DNA of 64,000 nucleotides from the human T2T-CHM13v2.0 reference genome, Homo sapiens. The notes under the pieces are model-generated. The model worked only from the letters and a program-made list of their open reading frames with translations. It did not search any database and had not been told where the DNA came from. The translations under genes were made by a program, and so were the position numbers. Of the stretch, positions 29,207 to 48,775 are shown piece after piece. The stretch's first letter is position 1, and the number at the start of each line of letters is the position of its first letter. The stretch lies in NCBI RefSeq assembly GCF_009914755.1, contig NC_060933.1. One strand, written 5' to 3'.

Positions 29207-31214
29207 AGTACAAGGAGAAAGCAAACCACTTAGGTCAAGTTTTGAGAATGATTTCAGAGATATCAGAAATGTGTCCATCTGCTCCCCAACCCCAGTTATC
29301 ATTCTCCTTTCCATCTGCAAAGATAAAAGAATCTCAACCACTTGCTAATTATAGACATAAATTTCCACAAAAGGTTTTAAATATTTCATCCCACAACAAG
29401 ATATAAGACTGGAAGCCAGAATTACCTTGGAAGTGTTGGGCTAGCACTCCTTTACACTAAACTGGAAAGGTATAGTCTGCAAAAGCAGGCATTACCTGTT
29501 TATAATTAGCAATTTATGTATACTTTAAACAGCTATCCAAAGGAATTGAGTTAGGTTTAATCAGAAGAGTAAGAGACTAGAGACATGCACTATGGTTCTA
29601 GCTGCAAGGGCCTTACACCCAAGATAAGGAGAATGGGCGCATATACTTAAAGAGGGCATAATCTTACAAGCCAGTGTTAGTATGCTGAGTGTCCCATACA
29701 AGCAAGTCTGGCCATAGTGCTTCTCATATTCAGAGGCGGGTACAGTCATTAGGGGGTGCTTTTATAGAACATTTCAGTTTCCATTATTCTTCTGACTGGG
29801 TGTTGAAAAGCAGTTATTACAATAGTTTTTTTTTTTTTTATTTTGACTTCCTGATGCATCTGCAGATGTGCACTGAACTTAATACTGTAGTCACAATGGT
29901 GACTTTACATCATTCAGGGAGTCATTCCTTAAGCCTAGCTAGAGTCCTTCCACTTACTTTATAAGTACATAATTCCCTGTATTAAAATCTTTCCTGCCTA
30001 AAATACCTAAATGGCTTCTGTTTCCTGTACTGAACCTGCCTAATACATGGAGGAATTGAAATTTCAGGTGGATCTTAAAGATATGGTCAACTTTTGACAT
30101 AGAATGAGAACCCAGAGAGAACTTCAGGCAGAGGGAATAGAGTGAGCAAAGATTAAAAGGCAGAAATGGCCATGGCATTTTTTAGAAACATTGAGGAAAC
30201 TGATTACAGAAGAGAATGATAGAGTTTCCTGTTATACAAATTTCTTTATTTCCTATCAAATCCTAAATGTTTTCATCTCTTTTTCTTTTCCACTTCCTTT
30301 TCTTCTTTCTCTCTTCCCTCTCCTTTCTTTCCGCATATCACTTGTCTATCGCTTTAACCTTCCATGTCACACAGTAGCATTCATAGACATTGCTTACTTA
30401 TTTTGGGGGCCTTCAGAATTAAAGAAGTTGCTGCACCTCCAAAGTTTTGTTCTTTCCACTGAATATTCCACTATTAGGTCAGCAGGCTCATTCTTGAACT
30501 TGGCTCTATTACTAAGCAGTCTCATTCATAAATTTAGTCTCCTTAGACTAACTAGATTTATTGTGGGCTATCAGAAATCCTCCCCAGATGTGCATGACTG
30601 CACTTGGAAGCTTTGAGCTTTACAGCCCTGTTTACTGCCACCTGATTCTAACCAGAGCAATATCTCTTATCCATTGGCAGAAAAGAGTTAAGGATGTGAT
30701 AGGGAATTTGAGTTAGTGGTAGGCATGAAAGTAATGTGATGGGCTTGTAGAGGATGAGTGCAAGGCATGTTGGAGGCAATAACATAGATATTTCACCATA
30801 GCTCTCAGCAAATTATATCTCCTAAGGTACAAAGCATAAAGTCCAACATACATTTGATGTTTAGCATCTATAGTATTTGGTGAGCCATTGTGAAGCACAT
30901 ACCAGTTACTTTTGATAAAGTAGCTTGAAAGAACTCTTGATTTTTTTTTAAATGCTTGCTTCAAACATACCCTGTAATTTTGTTTTCCTGCCCCATTTAC
31001 TGTTACTCATTCTCAATCTTTTATATTGCCTATTACTCAGTAGCTCGACTTCTTGTTGTTAATAACTGTAGTCTCGGGTAACTTTTTCTTTGTCTTTGTG
31101 AACATTTTTTTCTCAAGTTTATTTTATCCAGGCTAGGTATTTAACAGCTCTGTGTTTCTTATAAAAAGAAATACAAATTATAAAAGCTAAAATGAACCTT
31201 GAAAAACATTTACT

Positions 31215-31795
31215 GCAGCATTTCCCAAAGCTTCCTTTTTTTTTTTTTTTTTTTTGAAACAGAGTCTCACTCTATCATCTAGGCTGGAGTGCAGTGGCAT
31301 GATCTAGGCTCACTGTAAACTCTGCCTCCCCAGTTCAAGCGATTCTCCTGCCTCAGCCTTCCAAGTAGCTGGGATTACAGGCATGCGCCACCATGCGTGG
31401 CTAATTTTTGTATTTTTAGTAGAGACAGGTTTTTACCATGTTGGCCAGATTGGTCTCGAACTCCTGACCTCAGGTGATCCGCCCGCCTCAGCCTCCCAAA
31501 GTGCTGGGCACGCCCAGCCCCAAATCTTCTTTCTTAAAGTAATATTCACATGTAATGTTGTGTAAAAAAATGGGTCCCATGGTCAGATAAGTGTAGGAAC
31601 TACTGCATGTTTCTCCTTGAAAATTTAGCATGTATAAGCATTCTAGAAGCTCTGAGAAGTTGCACAGTGAAGAAACCCATTAATTTTTTAAGTCCAAAAT
31701 TTCTCATAATCATTTGATCCCAGTGCTTTTTTTTTCCAGCATAAACTAACAGCATTTAAGGAAACAGTGATCTGTAAAACACTTTGGTAAATAAA
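31215..31795. mobile_element. MER103-like hAT element interrupted by an Alu
   Basis: cagcatttcccaaa..ccatggtcagataag..gctctgagaag..aaacactttggtaaa. Confidence 0.55.
31236..31519 (-). repeat. Alu with short deletion near its 5' end
   Basis: gtgctgggcacgcccagcc junction. Confidence 0.93.
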
Positions 31796-34109
31796 ATACT
31801 AGTTTATAACTTAAATGAATTTCCTCATTTCACAATTGAGGAAACTGAGGCCCAGAAAGTTGTTTTATTCATCACAATTAAAAACAATGCCTTACACAAA
31901 GAAGGTACTAAATAATTGTTTGGTAAATTGAATGATATATTTATGTTTAGATAACTAGTTAGAGCCAGGACTAAAACCCAGCTGTCCTGACAAGTTAGAC
32001 CTATAGCATTTAATAAGGATAATGCAGTTCACTTCTATTCACTGCTATTTAAGCTGATGATAAAAACATTTTATAATTGCTATTAAAAAAGCATCATATG
32101 CTGGTTTAAAAGGCAAACTAAAGAAGTTGAATAGTTGGCTGATGTTTTAAATCGACTTAGACCACAGGTATCTATCTCTTTAGTTTTTAACAGTGTCAAA
32201 TATTGGTCTCTTGATATTGTTCAGAGCACTCTGGGTTTTGAAAAAACAGTTCAAGTATGTGCAAAGGCATCTGAAAGGGGAATTTTCTGAAGCTTTTTCT
32301 ACTCCCATGATTCTCACAAAATTCTTCAATTCATTCTAGTCTAGAAAGTAATGGATCTTCCATAAAGATGTGCTAATCCCAAGGTGATCACAAAAAAAAA
32401 GATTTTCCCACCTCTGAACAGGTTTCTTTTGTTGTTGTTGTTGTTTTGCTACTTTTTTTTAAGTATGCTTAGCATGTTATACCAAAAATAATGTTTCTTT
32501 TTTATATAAAATATTGTACTATATATATAAGAAATACCTCAGAATTTCTGTTTTTAAGGACTCCATTTTGGCATGATATTTTTTGGTCATTACCTACTTA
32601 GCTATGTCATATTTTAATATCACCAAAGAAAATATCTTAAAATGAAATTCTTGAATTGCGCTTGACCTTTCCGGTTGACAGTCAGCTTAAATTATATAGT
32701 ATCTCCCATTATCTCACAACAGATGTCATCTCTTAGGAATGCTTCCTTTCATTGAAGACACTGTGACAATAGGAAAGGGATGTGGGGTGAAAAAAAAGTC
32801 ACGTATCTTTTGTTTATCTGCAAAAGTCTGTGCATAGTTTTTATTGCTGAAAATAAACATGTATCATGATTGGTGTATGGGGGTTCACATTAGTATCAGA
32901 AGTTTTTATGGCCACTCTGCTGGTGACCTAGTATATTGTGCTGTTTTCTCAACTGCCTTTGTAAACACAGTAGCCTTAATAGATCATTTTGAAAGAAGCT
33001 GCCATCCTGCTGCATCTGTTGGTAGCCTTTCTCAGGTTTCTGACATATCCTTAATCTGATGCTCAGCCTTGTCATTTGGATCAATAGTAAACTAGATAAG
33101 ATGTCTTCTACTTGCAAGGCTATGGCTATAAAATGTATTTGAAAAATAAATTCACTTTTTATGTCCATGCCACAAACCTGGGGAGTACTAATTTGTCATT
33201 CTCTCTCCATCTGTCTGTAAACAGTCAGTTAAATTGGTTATTGATGAGAAGAAGGTGAATTATACTTGAAACAAGAGTAATATAGAAATAAACTTCATAG
33301 TAAATGTCTTAGATTCCTACAAAAAGGTGACATATTTTAGCTGTTGTCTTAACTTTAATCTCTAGAATAATGAGCAATTTGTTTTATATTTTCTATTCCA
33401 AATCATCAATAATAATTATAATTAATTATAATTATAAATTATACTTTACAAACCACTCACATATAGTATTCAATCTTGATAATCTCTATAACTATCCATT
33501 TTACAATTTGTAAAGCATTTATTTATTCAAAAAATGTTTATGTAGTGCCTACTATAAATGAGGCACTGTGCTAGGCACTACAAATTCTCTATACAAAACA
33601 AAATTGTGATGATAGAACATGTTAGAATTGTAGCATTTTAATGTTAGAAGGAATCCTAGAAATCATCTACTACTAACTTCTCATTTTACAGGAAACTAGA
33701 TCTTAGACAGTTTGTGAATCATGCTCAACCAGCTATTTAGTGACTTTTTTTCTATTATAGGATATAAACAGATAATCTTTTAAAAGTAAACCCATAGTTT
33801 AATCTTTTTGAATGTATATTTCCTCATCTAAGTAGTGAGAATACTTCTGGTTTTCACAACAAGAATACTGTGAATATTAAGTAAGGCATGAGTAGGGAGC
33901 ATTTTGAAATTTAAATATAATCTGAGGATAAGAAACAACTCCTTGTAGACAAGAGGAAAAGAGTATGTAAAAATGTAAACTGCGATTACCTCAGGTTTAA
34001 GAGGTGCAGGCTGATCACTGTTTTCTTCTTTATACTTTATTTTTGACATTCCTTTAATGGACATGTTATTACTTTTATAACAAAAATTTTAAGTTTTTTT
34101 TCTTTTTTT

Positions 34110-34985
34110 CTAACTTTATGTTTTGATATAATCTCAAATTTACAGAAAAGTTTCAAGAACAGTACAAATAATTTTCATATACTCTCAAATTCCTCAAATG
34201 TGCACATTTTGACACGTGTGCTTTATCCTTCTCTCTACTTTGCCTTGATATATGGGAATGTGTAGATATTGCCTTCTGAATCATTTGGAGTAAGTTGCAG
34301 GTGTGATACTCCTTTGCCCCTAAATTTCAGTGCATAGTTTCTAAAAACAAGGACATTCTCTTACATAGCCACAGCTCAATTATCACAATCAGGCAGTTAA
34401 CATAAATAATATTATCTCATCCAAAAATCTTACTTAGATTTTGCCCATTGTCCCAACAATGTCATCTATTTAAAAAAAAAAAAATCCAGGATCAGGCACT
34501 CCATTCAATCATTTATGTCTTTTTAGTCTTCATTAATCTGCAACAGTTTTTCAGTCTTTTGTGTATGTATGTGTGTACTTCATGATATTCACATGTTGTA
34601 AGTATACAGGCCAGTTAAATTGTACAGTAGCCTTCCTTTTTAATTTGTCTGATATTTCCTTATAATTAGATTCAGATTATGCACTTTTGGTAAGAATACC
34701 ACAGGAGTGATGTTGTATTCCTCTCAGTGCCTCATATCAGGAAGCATGTGTCATCAATTTGTCCCAGTAATGGTGTTAATTTTGGATTATTCACTTGAAT
34801 AAAGGAGCTCCTGCCAGGTTCCTCTGCTGTGACGTCACTATTTTTTCCATTGTAACTATAAATAATAAGTATCTTGTGGGAGCTAATTTGAAACTATATA
34901 AATATCCTGGAACCGTCCAACCCACTCTATTGTTAGCATCGTTTGACCACTCACACCTGAGTTGGTTGTTATGATGATGGCTGCC
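34110..34985 (-). mobile_element. L1MC-type 3' end remnant
   Basis: tttacagaaaagtttcaagaacagtacaaa; aaaacaaggacattctcttacatagccacag; gcacttttggtaagaataccacagg. Confidence 0.6.
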
Positions 34986-34997
34986 ACATGAAAGAGT

Positions 34998-35328
34998 TAT
35001 TTATTTATTCATTCATTTTTTATTTTTTGTTTATTTATTTATTTTTCAGGCAGAGTCTCACTCTGTCACCCAGGCTGGAATGCAGTGGCACTATCTTGGC
35101 TCACTGCAACTGCTGCCTCCTGGATTCAAGCGATTCTCATGACTCAGCCTCCCAAGTAGCTGGGAATACAGGCGTGCACCACCATGCCTGCTAATTTTTG
35201 TTTTTTTAGTAGAGATGGGGTTTCGTCGTGTTGGCCAGGCTAATCTCAAACTCCTGACCTCAGGTGATTCACCTGCCTCATTCTCCCAAAGTGCTGGGAT
35301 TATAGGTGTGACCCACTGTGCACAGCTG
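34998..35328 (-). repeat. Alu
   Basis: Antisense dimer, (TTTA)n tail. Confidence 0.93.
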
Positions 35329-37210
35329 CACAAGTTATTTTTAAAACCACTGCTTATTTAAGATATACAGTTAGATGTATACTTAGATGAAAACTATGCA
35401 AATCCTCTCTCTTTTTAAACAAAAAAACTAAAAAGGATTAGAAGAGTTTTCACAGAAATGCTAGCAGAGCTTGTGTTAGGCTTAGGGTAATAAAATTGTT
35501 GGTAACCTTTTTTCTTACTTTGTTTTCCCAATTTTTAATAGTTTTTCAAAATTTTCAATATATGTAAAGCATAAAATTTCTAATTTTTGAATGTGTTTCT
35601 AAAATTTATGTTTGTTTATTTCCATTTGGTCCACAAAGGGCTTGAGGGAGATACTAAAATATTGATTTCAGAATTGTAGTGTGCTTGCACTTGAAAGAAT
35701 AGTTAGATTACAGTTAAAACATAGCTATAACAAACAGGACATCTACCCTGGCATAAACTACAGATTGACACAACTAAAATAGTCTTTAATCTGCAAATCT
35801 TTATTCCTCACTTCAGCCACCAAGCTGTAGCATTATGCTTTCTCAACTCGGTTGCTTCTCTTAGTTTCAAATAAAAAGGTCTAAAATGGTGGCAGACAGA
35901 TGAAGAGCAGTATAGAGTTCAGGGATTGACTTGCAGATGGAGGTATGTTTTGATATAATTTTTTAAAGATGGCTAAATTTGAAACTAGAAGATACAATTT
36001 TGAATTCAAGCACTCACTGTGAGGATTTAGGCTACCATTTTGAAAATGGATAATAGTTACTAAGTCAGATTACTAGTTATGGTCAGCATTTGATTAAACC
36101 CTTTAATGCATGGTCTGAATGAGGTTCATTAAAGGTTTTTTAGTATAATCGAATTTACTTACACATTTGTCTGTATATTTGTCTTTTCCCACCATCTAAG
36201 AAATCCCATCCATAGTGTGGAACTGAAGTAGAGAAGGCAAAAGATGGATTCAATCAGTTGTTTGAAACAGGTCCCCCAAAGGCACACATCTTCGCAGAGT
36301 AGGTGAATTGATTTTTCTAAACTGCATGCTAGGATCAATAAAACTAAGGTACATTGTTGGAAAACTAAAGATGGAGCCTACAAGACTTGGGGTGCTTCAA
36401 AGGAACCAGGAGTTAAACAAAATTTGTTGCATTTAGCTTCTGAGTTTAATATTAAAATATGATGTTTTAATAACTTTGCTTGCAGTGTCACTGAGAAGGC
36501 TGGTCAGGGTCAGTAAGAAGAACAGGCTACACAGATTATCATGGACATCAAACAATGAGAACATTAGGAGCAAATGAAAGCTGTTTTGTTTACAGATACT
36601 ACTTTTATGATGAGAGGAGAGCAATGATGGTATCTGAGAAAGAAACCAATATTTGTTGAGTACTCGCTGTGCACTGGTCACTTTTTTTTCTTTTTTACCA
36701 ATGGGAAATCTGAGGCTTTGAGAAGTAACTTGCTCACAGTTATTAATAATATAGCCAATGAAGTGCCCAGATCTGACTGGTTCCAAAATCCATTCTCATT
36801 TTATTACACCGTACTGCCTCCCCATGGAGTAGCATTTTTGGATCCCCTAAAGCGAACATCAATATGCTAGGAAAATGAATTACTTGTGCAGTATTGGGAA
36901 AAAGGAAATGGATGTAAAAACTGTTACCCTGTGGTTAAGGAAAATAAAAATTATTAGAAATTAAGTCATTGTTGAGTCAGTTAGAATAAAAAACATTTAG
37001 TTTTGAAGTAGCTATAGGGAGCAGGTCTTCTGCCTTTTAGAATTAGAATCATAGAGTCAAAGGACATTAAGCTGGGTGGGCTTTAGATCAGAATCCACCC
37101 TCCTTATTTTTCATGTGGGAGGAAACAGAGGCTAGGAAAAATTCAGTGATTTGCCTTTGGGTGTGGGAGTGTTCTGGCTGAGACCTCTCTCATGTCCCTC
37201 CCTTACTTAA

Positions 37211-37672
<462 letters not shown>

Positions 37673-38527
37673 TTAAAGCTTTCATTCTAGTCACCTCTTT
37701 TTCATCCTCCACACACAATGCCGTCGCACATTCAGCTTCCTTCCTACTTTAAGCTGGCTTAATTGCATATACTTTCAACATGCAGCTGAGGCACTGTTTT
37801 CTCCAATAAGCTTCTACTGACCCCTCAAGGCTGGGTTAGGTGCCCCTCTACAGAGTTCTTACTACCGTGTGTCCTTACCTCTATCATAGAACTGATCTCA
37901 TTGTATGACAGCAGTGAATAGCATTGCATATGGTTTCACTTTCTATTACGGTCAAAGGGAGGGATAGTGTGGGGGTTATTGGAGCATGTAATAAGTGGAT
38001 CCAAGAGACATGATATACACAACTTACTAATGTTGGCTTCAGAATATGCATATAGGAGGAGCTTATGGGGACAAATTGATTGGAAGGAGTGGGAGTAAGA
38101 TTTGAAGCTGTCTTTATATAGCACTTTACATAAAATTCAGAAAATACTTATTGCCCTCCATATCAAAGAAATTGGGAGCAGGAACAAGATGGAGACATTG
38201 AGGAGTGTCAAAGTGTTAGTAATCCTAAGTTAAGATCCTGTTCAACTGCCATCTCTTTCATGAAGTCATTCTGTTCTAACCCCTTCCCCTCTTCACAAGG
38301 ACATCTTGGGGAAGTCACAAGGAATGACTTTTAAGTACATCATCTATCCTGTCTTTGTGTTCTGTTTTTGTATCCTTTTTGTGCATTTACCCTTCCTTGC
38401 TTATAATTTTGCATTGCATACAAGCGTACATCTGTATAAAGCTTCCCCAACTCTTAGCATGGAGTCTGATACAGAGTAATTACATCAAAAATAACCATTG
38501 AATGTTGAATGAATGGTTTAATTAGGT

Positions 38528-38866
38528 CAGTGCTTCTCAATCCCGGTTGCATTTTTGAATCACCTACCGAAAATTTAAGAAATATTAATTCCAAAGTCCC
38601 AGAAATTCTGATTTTGTTGATCTAGGATGGGAACAGACTTTTTTTTTAAGCTCCTAAGGATTGAGAACTCCTAGATTAGGTTCTTTGTTTCAACAGTGGT
38701 TCTCAAAGTTTAGGATTCTAGACCAGCAGCAGCAGCACTTCCCAGAAACTTGCTACAAAATGCAGATTCTTGGCCCCTACACCAGTGAATGACAAACTCT
38801 GCGGGAGGGCCTATGTGTTTTCAAGCCCTCCAGACGATCTTGATGCATGCTAGAGTTTGAGAACTT
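38528..38866. mobile_element. Two adjacent MER5-family (hAT-Charlie) elements
   Basis: cagtgcttctcaa.. and cagtggttctcaaag..aaatgcagattct..gagtttgagaac. Confidence 0.75.
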
Positions 38867-40602
38867 CTTTTGCTAGAGTTTAAGACAAAAAAAAAATGTT
38901 GTCCTTAAATAAAATACCAACTGTGAGAAACCAAATATACTTTATAATCATCCTAAAAGGTTGTACCAATTTAAAGCACCACTCTAAATAAATCAGAGTA
39001 CCTCACAAGCACAACAGAATTATCCTTGTGGAAATAAGCATCCCAGCATTTTATAACTTTTTTCAATATTTATTTTTGGTTAGTTTCCTATATATAAAAG
39101 GCTCTCCAATGAAGGCATTAATTTTCATAATAATCTAAATAAAATAGGCTATATTAGTCAGGAAGAGCACATGAAAAATCTGGCATTGGATAAGGAAGCC
39201 TCAGAGTCAAGAATACCTTTCCATAATTTCCTCTCATAGAGAAAAGCCTTTTTTTGACAGTAACATTTTCTCCTTCTCTCATTTGTGCTGTTTGACTCCG
39301 TGCCACTTGATAGCTCTGTCTATTCCTATGGAAACCAAGTTAGTGGATGGAGCCAAGGCTTGGAGAAGGCATTGGGGGGAAATATTAGAAGAGTTCAGCC
39401 TTAGAGCAACTAAAGATGTTGCCTTTCCCTCAGTCAAATCCTCTTTGAGAGCCAGAACTATTTCAAGCCAGAGAGATGTTCTTGGCTGATGTATTGTCTA
39501 GCTGCTCTGCCAGATGGATGAACATCTTAAACTTGGAAAATAGCAAATAAAGCTCCTATTCTGTCTTTGGAGCACATTCTTAGCCTTTGCTTACAGAATT
39601 GTCAAATAACTAAAAAATATATTTTTAAAGATTTGCTTAAGATGGCAGGTTAGTGATGTGGTTCTCATCATATTTGTTAAGTACTTAGAAATTTTAGCAA
39701 TAAAACACAGAATTAAGCCTTGACAATCAGAAGTTTAAGTAAAGAGGAAGAATGTCGGTCAGTGGAAAAAGCAATGCAGATTTCATTTTATTTCTGTAGC
39801 TCAGTGAATTTATGTCTTTCATGAGTTGATTGCTGTAACTGTTTGCTTCCCTATAAAATCACTTTAAAGACTAAGCAACCAGAGTACAAACAGACATCTA
39901 AATCAACTGAAATAAGAAAATTATCTAAGCATACAAGAAGGCATTCTCCTTTCTAATCCATTTCTGCTCTACATTTTATATGGCACTGGTAGCTAACTCA
40001 TGATTGCATTGTACTGAGCCATTTATGTGGATATTTATATTATGTTTATATTTCAAGAAGGGTGTAGAGATTCATATTTCCAATTTATATTCTTTGATTT
40101 ATGTCAGAAAATTAATGTCTTCTGAGAAAACAGTTGAGACAACTATTAATATAGATGCCTCATAAATCTATATCTTGAATCTAGCCATCTCTTCTAATGT
40201 TCAGGTCTATATGTATCTGCCCCTCCCCAACAACCTTTTCTTTTTGCTAGACCTCTCTGCATAGATTCCCTTCAGGTGCCTCAAACTCCACTTTAGAAAA
40301 AAAAAACAGAACTCAAAAATTTTTATCCCTAACCCTATTTTTTTCTCCCATCTCTTCAGTTGTTGGTAACACCCTCTATCTGGTAGCCATTCAGGAATCT
40401 TCTTATGTATTTCACTGATCTCTTCCCTTATTTCCATTTAGCTCTCAACATTTCTATTGTGGGTTGCTGTAATAACCCCCTTACTGCTCTGCTTGCCTAA
40501 AGATTTTTTCCCCTCAAATCAGTGCTTCACATAACCTCCAGTGTCTTTTCTAAAAACACAAATCCAGTCATGTCATTTCCTTCTTAAATCTTCTCTTTTT
40601 CC

Positions 40603-40979
40603 TGTCTTAGTTTGCTTGGCCTTCTATAACAAAAATACTTTAGACTGGATGGCTGGAACAACAGACATTTATTTCTCACAGTTCTGGAGGCTGGAGAGTC
40701 CAAGATCAAGGCACCAGCAGATTCTGTGTCTGGTGAGGGCCTGCTTCCTGGTTCATAGATGGCTGTCTTCTTGCTGTATCCTCACATGACAGAAGGGAGT
40801 GAAAGAGCTCTCTGAGGTCTCTTTTTAGGGGTACTAATCCCATTTATGAGCTCCACCCTCGTGATGTAATCATCTTCCAAATGTCCCATATCCTAATACC
40901 AAGACATTGGCGTTAGAATTTCAACACATGAATTGGGGGGGGTTTGGGGGTTGGGGGGACATATATTCAGTCTGTAGCA
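40603..40979 (-). mobile_element. MaLR LTR (MLT1A-like)
   Basis: tgtcttagt..atttatttctcacagttctggaggctgg..ccaagatcaagg..ggtgagggcctgcttcctgg..attcagtctgtagca. Confidence 0.85.
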
Positions 40980-41096
40980 CTCCTTTTTACCAATATGATC
41001 AACTTTAGGCTCCTTATCATAACATATTAGACTATCCATTTTATAACCCCTGCTCACCTCTCTGATCTTACTTTTCACTTCCTCTTACAGTGCATT

Positions 41097-41239
41097 TCTT
41101 TTCTTTTTTCTTTTTTTTTAATTAGAGAAAGGGTCTCACTATGTGGCTCAGGCTGGTTTCTAACTCCTGGGCTCGAGTGATCTGCCCACCTTGGCCTCCC
41201 AAAGTGCTGGGATACAGGCATGAGCCACCATTCCTGGCC
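41097..41239 (-). repeat. FLAM-type monomer
   Basis: TSD cttaca(g/a)tgcatttc. Confidence 0.85.
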
Positions 41240-41266
41240 CTTACAATGCATTTCATATTACAATGA

Positions 41267-45572
<4,306 letters not shown>

Positions 45573-46739
45573 CTATTGTGGTATTTCCAAAACTCATTTG
45601 TGTCTGCAACCACTACAGAAAAGTTTGATATAATGAAATTACTGATATTTGCGACCTATATACTTCCTAGGGATAGTAATTCTTTTTACAAATTAATACA
45701 GTAAATGCCTTGAGAGTTTATAAATACATAATTATATAGCTATAATTATAATTAATAAATCATGTTTCTATTTTTCCATTTCAATTTTAAGTAATGTATT
45801 TTGGGTATATAATATATTTAGGATTTAAAATGAACTATGACAGAGTACCTACTTTACATTTGTGTGTGCTATTATAAATATAGTTATCTTTCTAGGCCAA
45901 AATTTTATACCAATTTGTAAATGAACAAAAAAATATAGTGAACATTTATATATATATAGTGAGCAATTGTTTTTCTCTCCAAGTACAGTGACAGAAAATA
46001 TAAGCACTGGGGACACAGAACAAGAATGCAAAGAAATTAATTGGAAAACATGTAGGTCCCAAAGTATTGGTTTTGGGAAAACATCTGGCCTCTTCAGTAC
46101 TCCAGTGGGGAGAAGGGCCACTGTAGGCAGTTTTAGTCAAGTCTTGGGCATTGAAGTCTGTTAAAGTAATCGTCTCAGCTGAAGAGGAAGCAAATAGCAA
46201 AGGCCCCAGGGAGACAGATATAGAAAATATGGTAGCCATTTTGGGGAAAAAATGTAGAGGTAGGATCCAGAATATTTTGAGGATCAGCTGCCAATTATCT
46301 ATAAGTTAATCATAAAGGCACTTACTGGGAACAAACAGCAGTCCTGTAGAATATGATTTCAGAATAGGGTTCAGGAAGATGCCTCCTTCCTTTTCACTGA
46401 TTGAAAGGTGGTCATATTTGTGCAAAAGGCAAGAAAATTCTTAGAATTTTGGAATATTCTTTGCCTCACTATGAGGCTACAGCTTTATAGGAAGCTGTTT
46501 ATCTAGAGAAATGGCAGAAGCAGGACACCATCCAAGCCTCAGGTCAGGAAGCTACTCACTAGCTCACTGTTAATAATTGTGACATCCCTAATATCACTGA
46601 AGACAGGGCTCCAGGAGATCTGTGTAGGAGCAGATTGTTATAATGGACTAGGAGCTGGGTGGAAGATGCTCTATGGGTCAACAAGGAGAAAAAAGGAAAA
46701 CAAAGCAAACAAATGAAAAACAAAAATGAACCTGCAGAC

Positions 46740-47800
46740 AGAAATTTCAAAATATTTGAAGAAATCTAATGCTAACAAAGCAAACAATATTATTCAGATT
46801 ACGAATTCATTCCTAGTGGGAGAGCATAAATAAAGCAAAAAAATAAGCCACACAGAGAAGATATTTGCAAAACCAACCAAGAATTAGTATCCAGAATACA
46901 TAAAGAACTCCTATAGATCAGTAAGAAAAAAAAACAAATAGCCAAGTTCAGAAATGAGTTACAACACAAGAAGGCTATTTACAAAAGAAACAAATATCCA
47001 GCAAACATATAAAAACATTCCACCCCAATTCGGGAAATGCACATTAAAACACAGCTGTAGGCCAGGCACAGTGGTGCACGCCTGTAGCCCCAACTACTTG
47101 AGAGGCTGAGGTGGTAGGATCACTTGAGCCCAGGAGTTGAGTCCAGCCTGGGCAAGCTATAGCAAGACCCCTTCTATTAAAAAACAAAACAAAAAACTGT
47201 AACCGTCAGATTGGCAAAAATTAGCAAGTCAGACAAAACCCAGTGTGGTGAGGATGTGGAGAAACAGGAACTCATACATTACTGTTATGAATGTTAACTT
47301 GGAGTAGCTATTTTAGAGAGCAATCTCAAACCAGAAGTTTCAGAAATTCTTATGTACTTACCAGGAGATATGTATGAGAATATTCATTACAATATTGGGT
47401 AATCTTGAAAAATGAGAAACATGCTAAATATCCCTCTAGAGAAGAATAAATATATTATTTTCATATGACAGCATACTTATTCCAGTGAAAATGTATGAAC
47501 CCAGGCAACTTGAATAAATCTGAAAAATACTGCTTTGAGTAAAAAATGACACGATTCATGCAAGACCATTTGTACAAAGATTGAAAACATGTAAAACAAT
47601 ACTATGTCGTTTATGGATATATATATATATATATGTTTGTATGAAATAGAAGCATAAAAACATTCATTGGAATGATAAACACCCAATTCAGGATAGTAGT
47701 CTCCAAAGAGGGAGAGAAGGTAATGGAATTGGGGACACAAAGGAAGTATTAACTTTATCTGTTAGGTTTTATTACTTAAAAAATGAAAAATCCAAAGCAA
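46740..47800 (+). mobile_element. L1ME-type 3' remnant
   Basis: gtatccagaatacataaagaactcctatagatcagtaag; ggtgaggatgtggagaaacaggaactcatac. Confidence 0.6.
47059..47195 (+). repeat. FLAM/FAM 7SL-derived monomer
   Basis: ggccaggcacagtggtgcacgcctgtag..ggatcacttgagcccaggagtt. Confidence 0.85.
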
Positions 47801-48442
47801 AATATCAAAGTATTTTTCTCAAAATCTCCATATCATTGTTATTACCATTAAATAGCTATGTGCTTTTTTTAAAAAAAAAGGAGTTCATCTTAAGAGAACT
47901 GGACAGACACAAATATAAAGTTAAAAATCACATTTTGACCTAATTTGTTTCCCAGATTCCTTTCAAGTGCTGTTCTCTGGGTCAGAGAACTTTTAATTCT
48001 CTTTCACCCTTTTCATACATTTGGAGAAAATCTAAGTGTCATAATCTTTATGTGACAGATGAAAGAAGCTCTTGGTGTTAATTACAGGAAGATTTAGAGG
48101 AAAATTATGACCACCTAATGAAAAACGAAAAAAAATTTATTCACTGTTTCAGAGATATTGGGAAATGTTTTCACATTTCAGAAGCATGATGGACCTGATC
48201 ATAGCAGAGTAATGTCCTTTTAAATGACTAAATCAAGACCTTCCTGTAACTTCAGCTCCCTTACTTCTGCTTACCTACCATCAGAGTTTTCTTAAGTATA
48301 TATCCTCTTTTGATCTATTATCTCCTTCGCTCTTATACTATTTCCTACCCACTCCAAAATTATAAAAGCAGACCCTAAAACAAACCGTCCTCCAAACAGG
48401 ATCAGTTTCTGTATAGCTCTAACAGGTTATACTAAATGATTA

Positions 48443-48775
<333 letters not shown>

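Noticed and set aside
30191-30616. 141-aa hydrophobic ORF
   Set aside because: Non-ATG start and pyrimidine low-complexity sequence; no recognisable domain
40935-40958. G-rich run as a G-quadruplex element
   Set aside because: Expanded G-tract at a MaLR LTR end with only three clear runs; no further support
47059-47195. Possible 7SL RNA gene
   Set aside because: Only the Alu domain, lacks the S domain; a FLAM/FAM monomer
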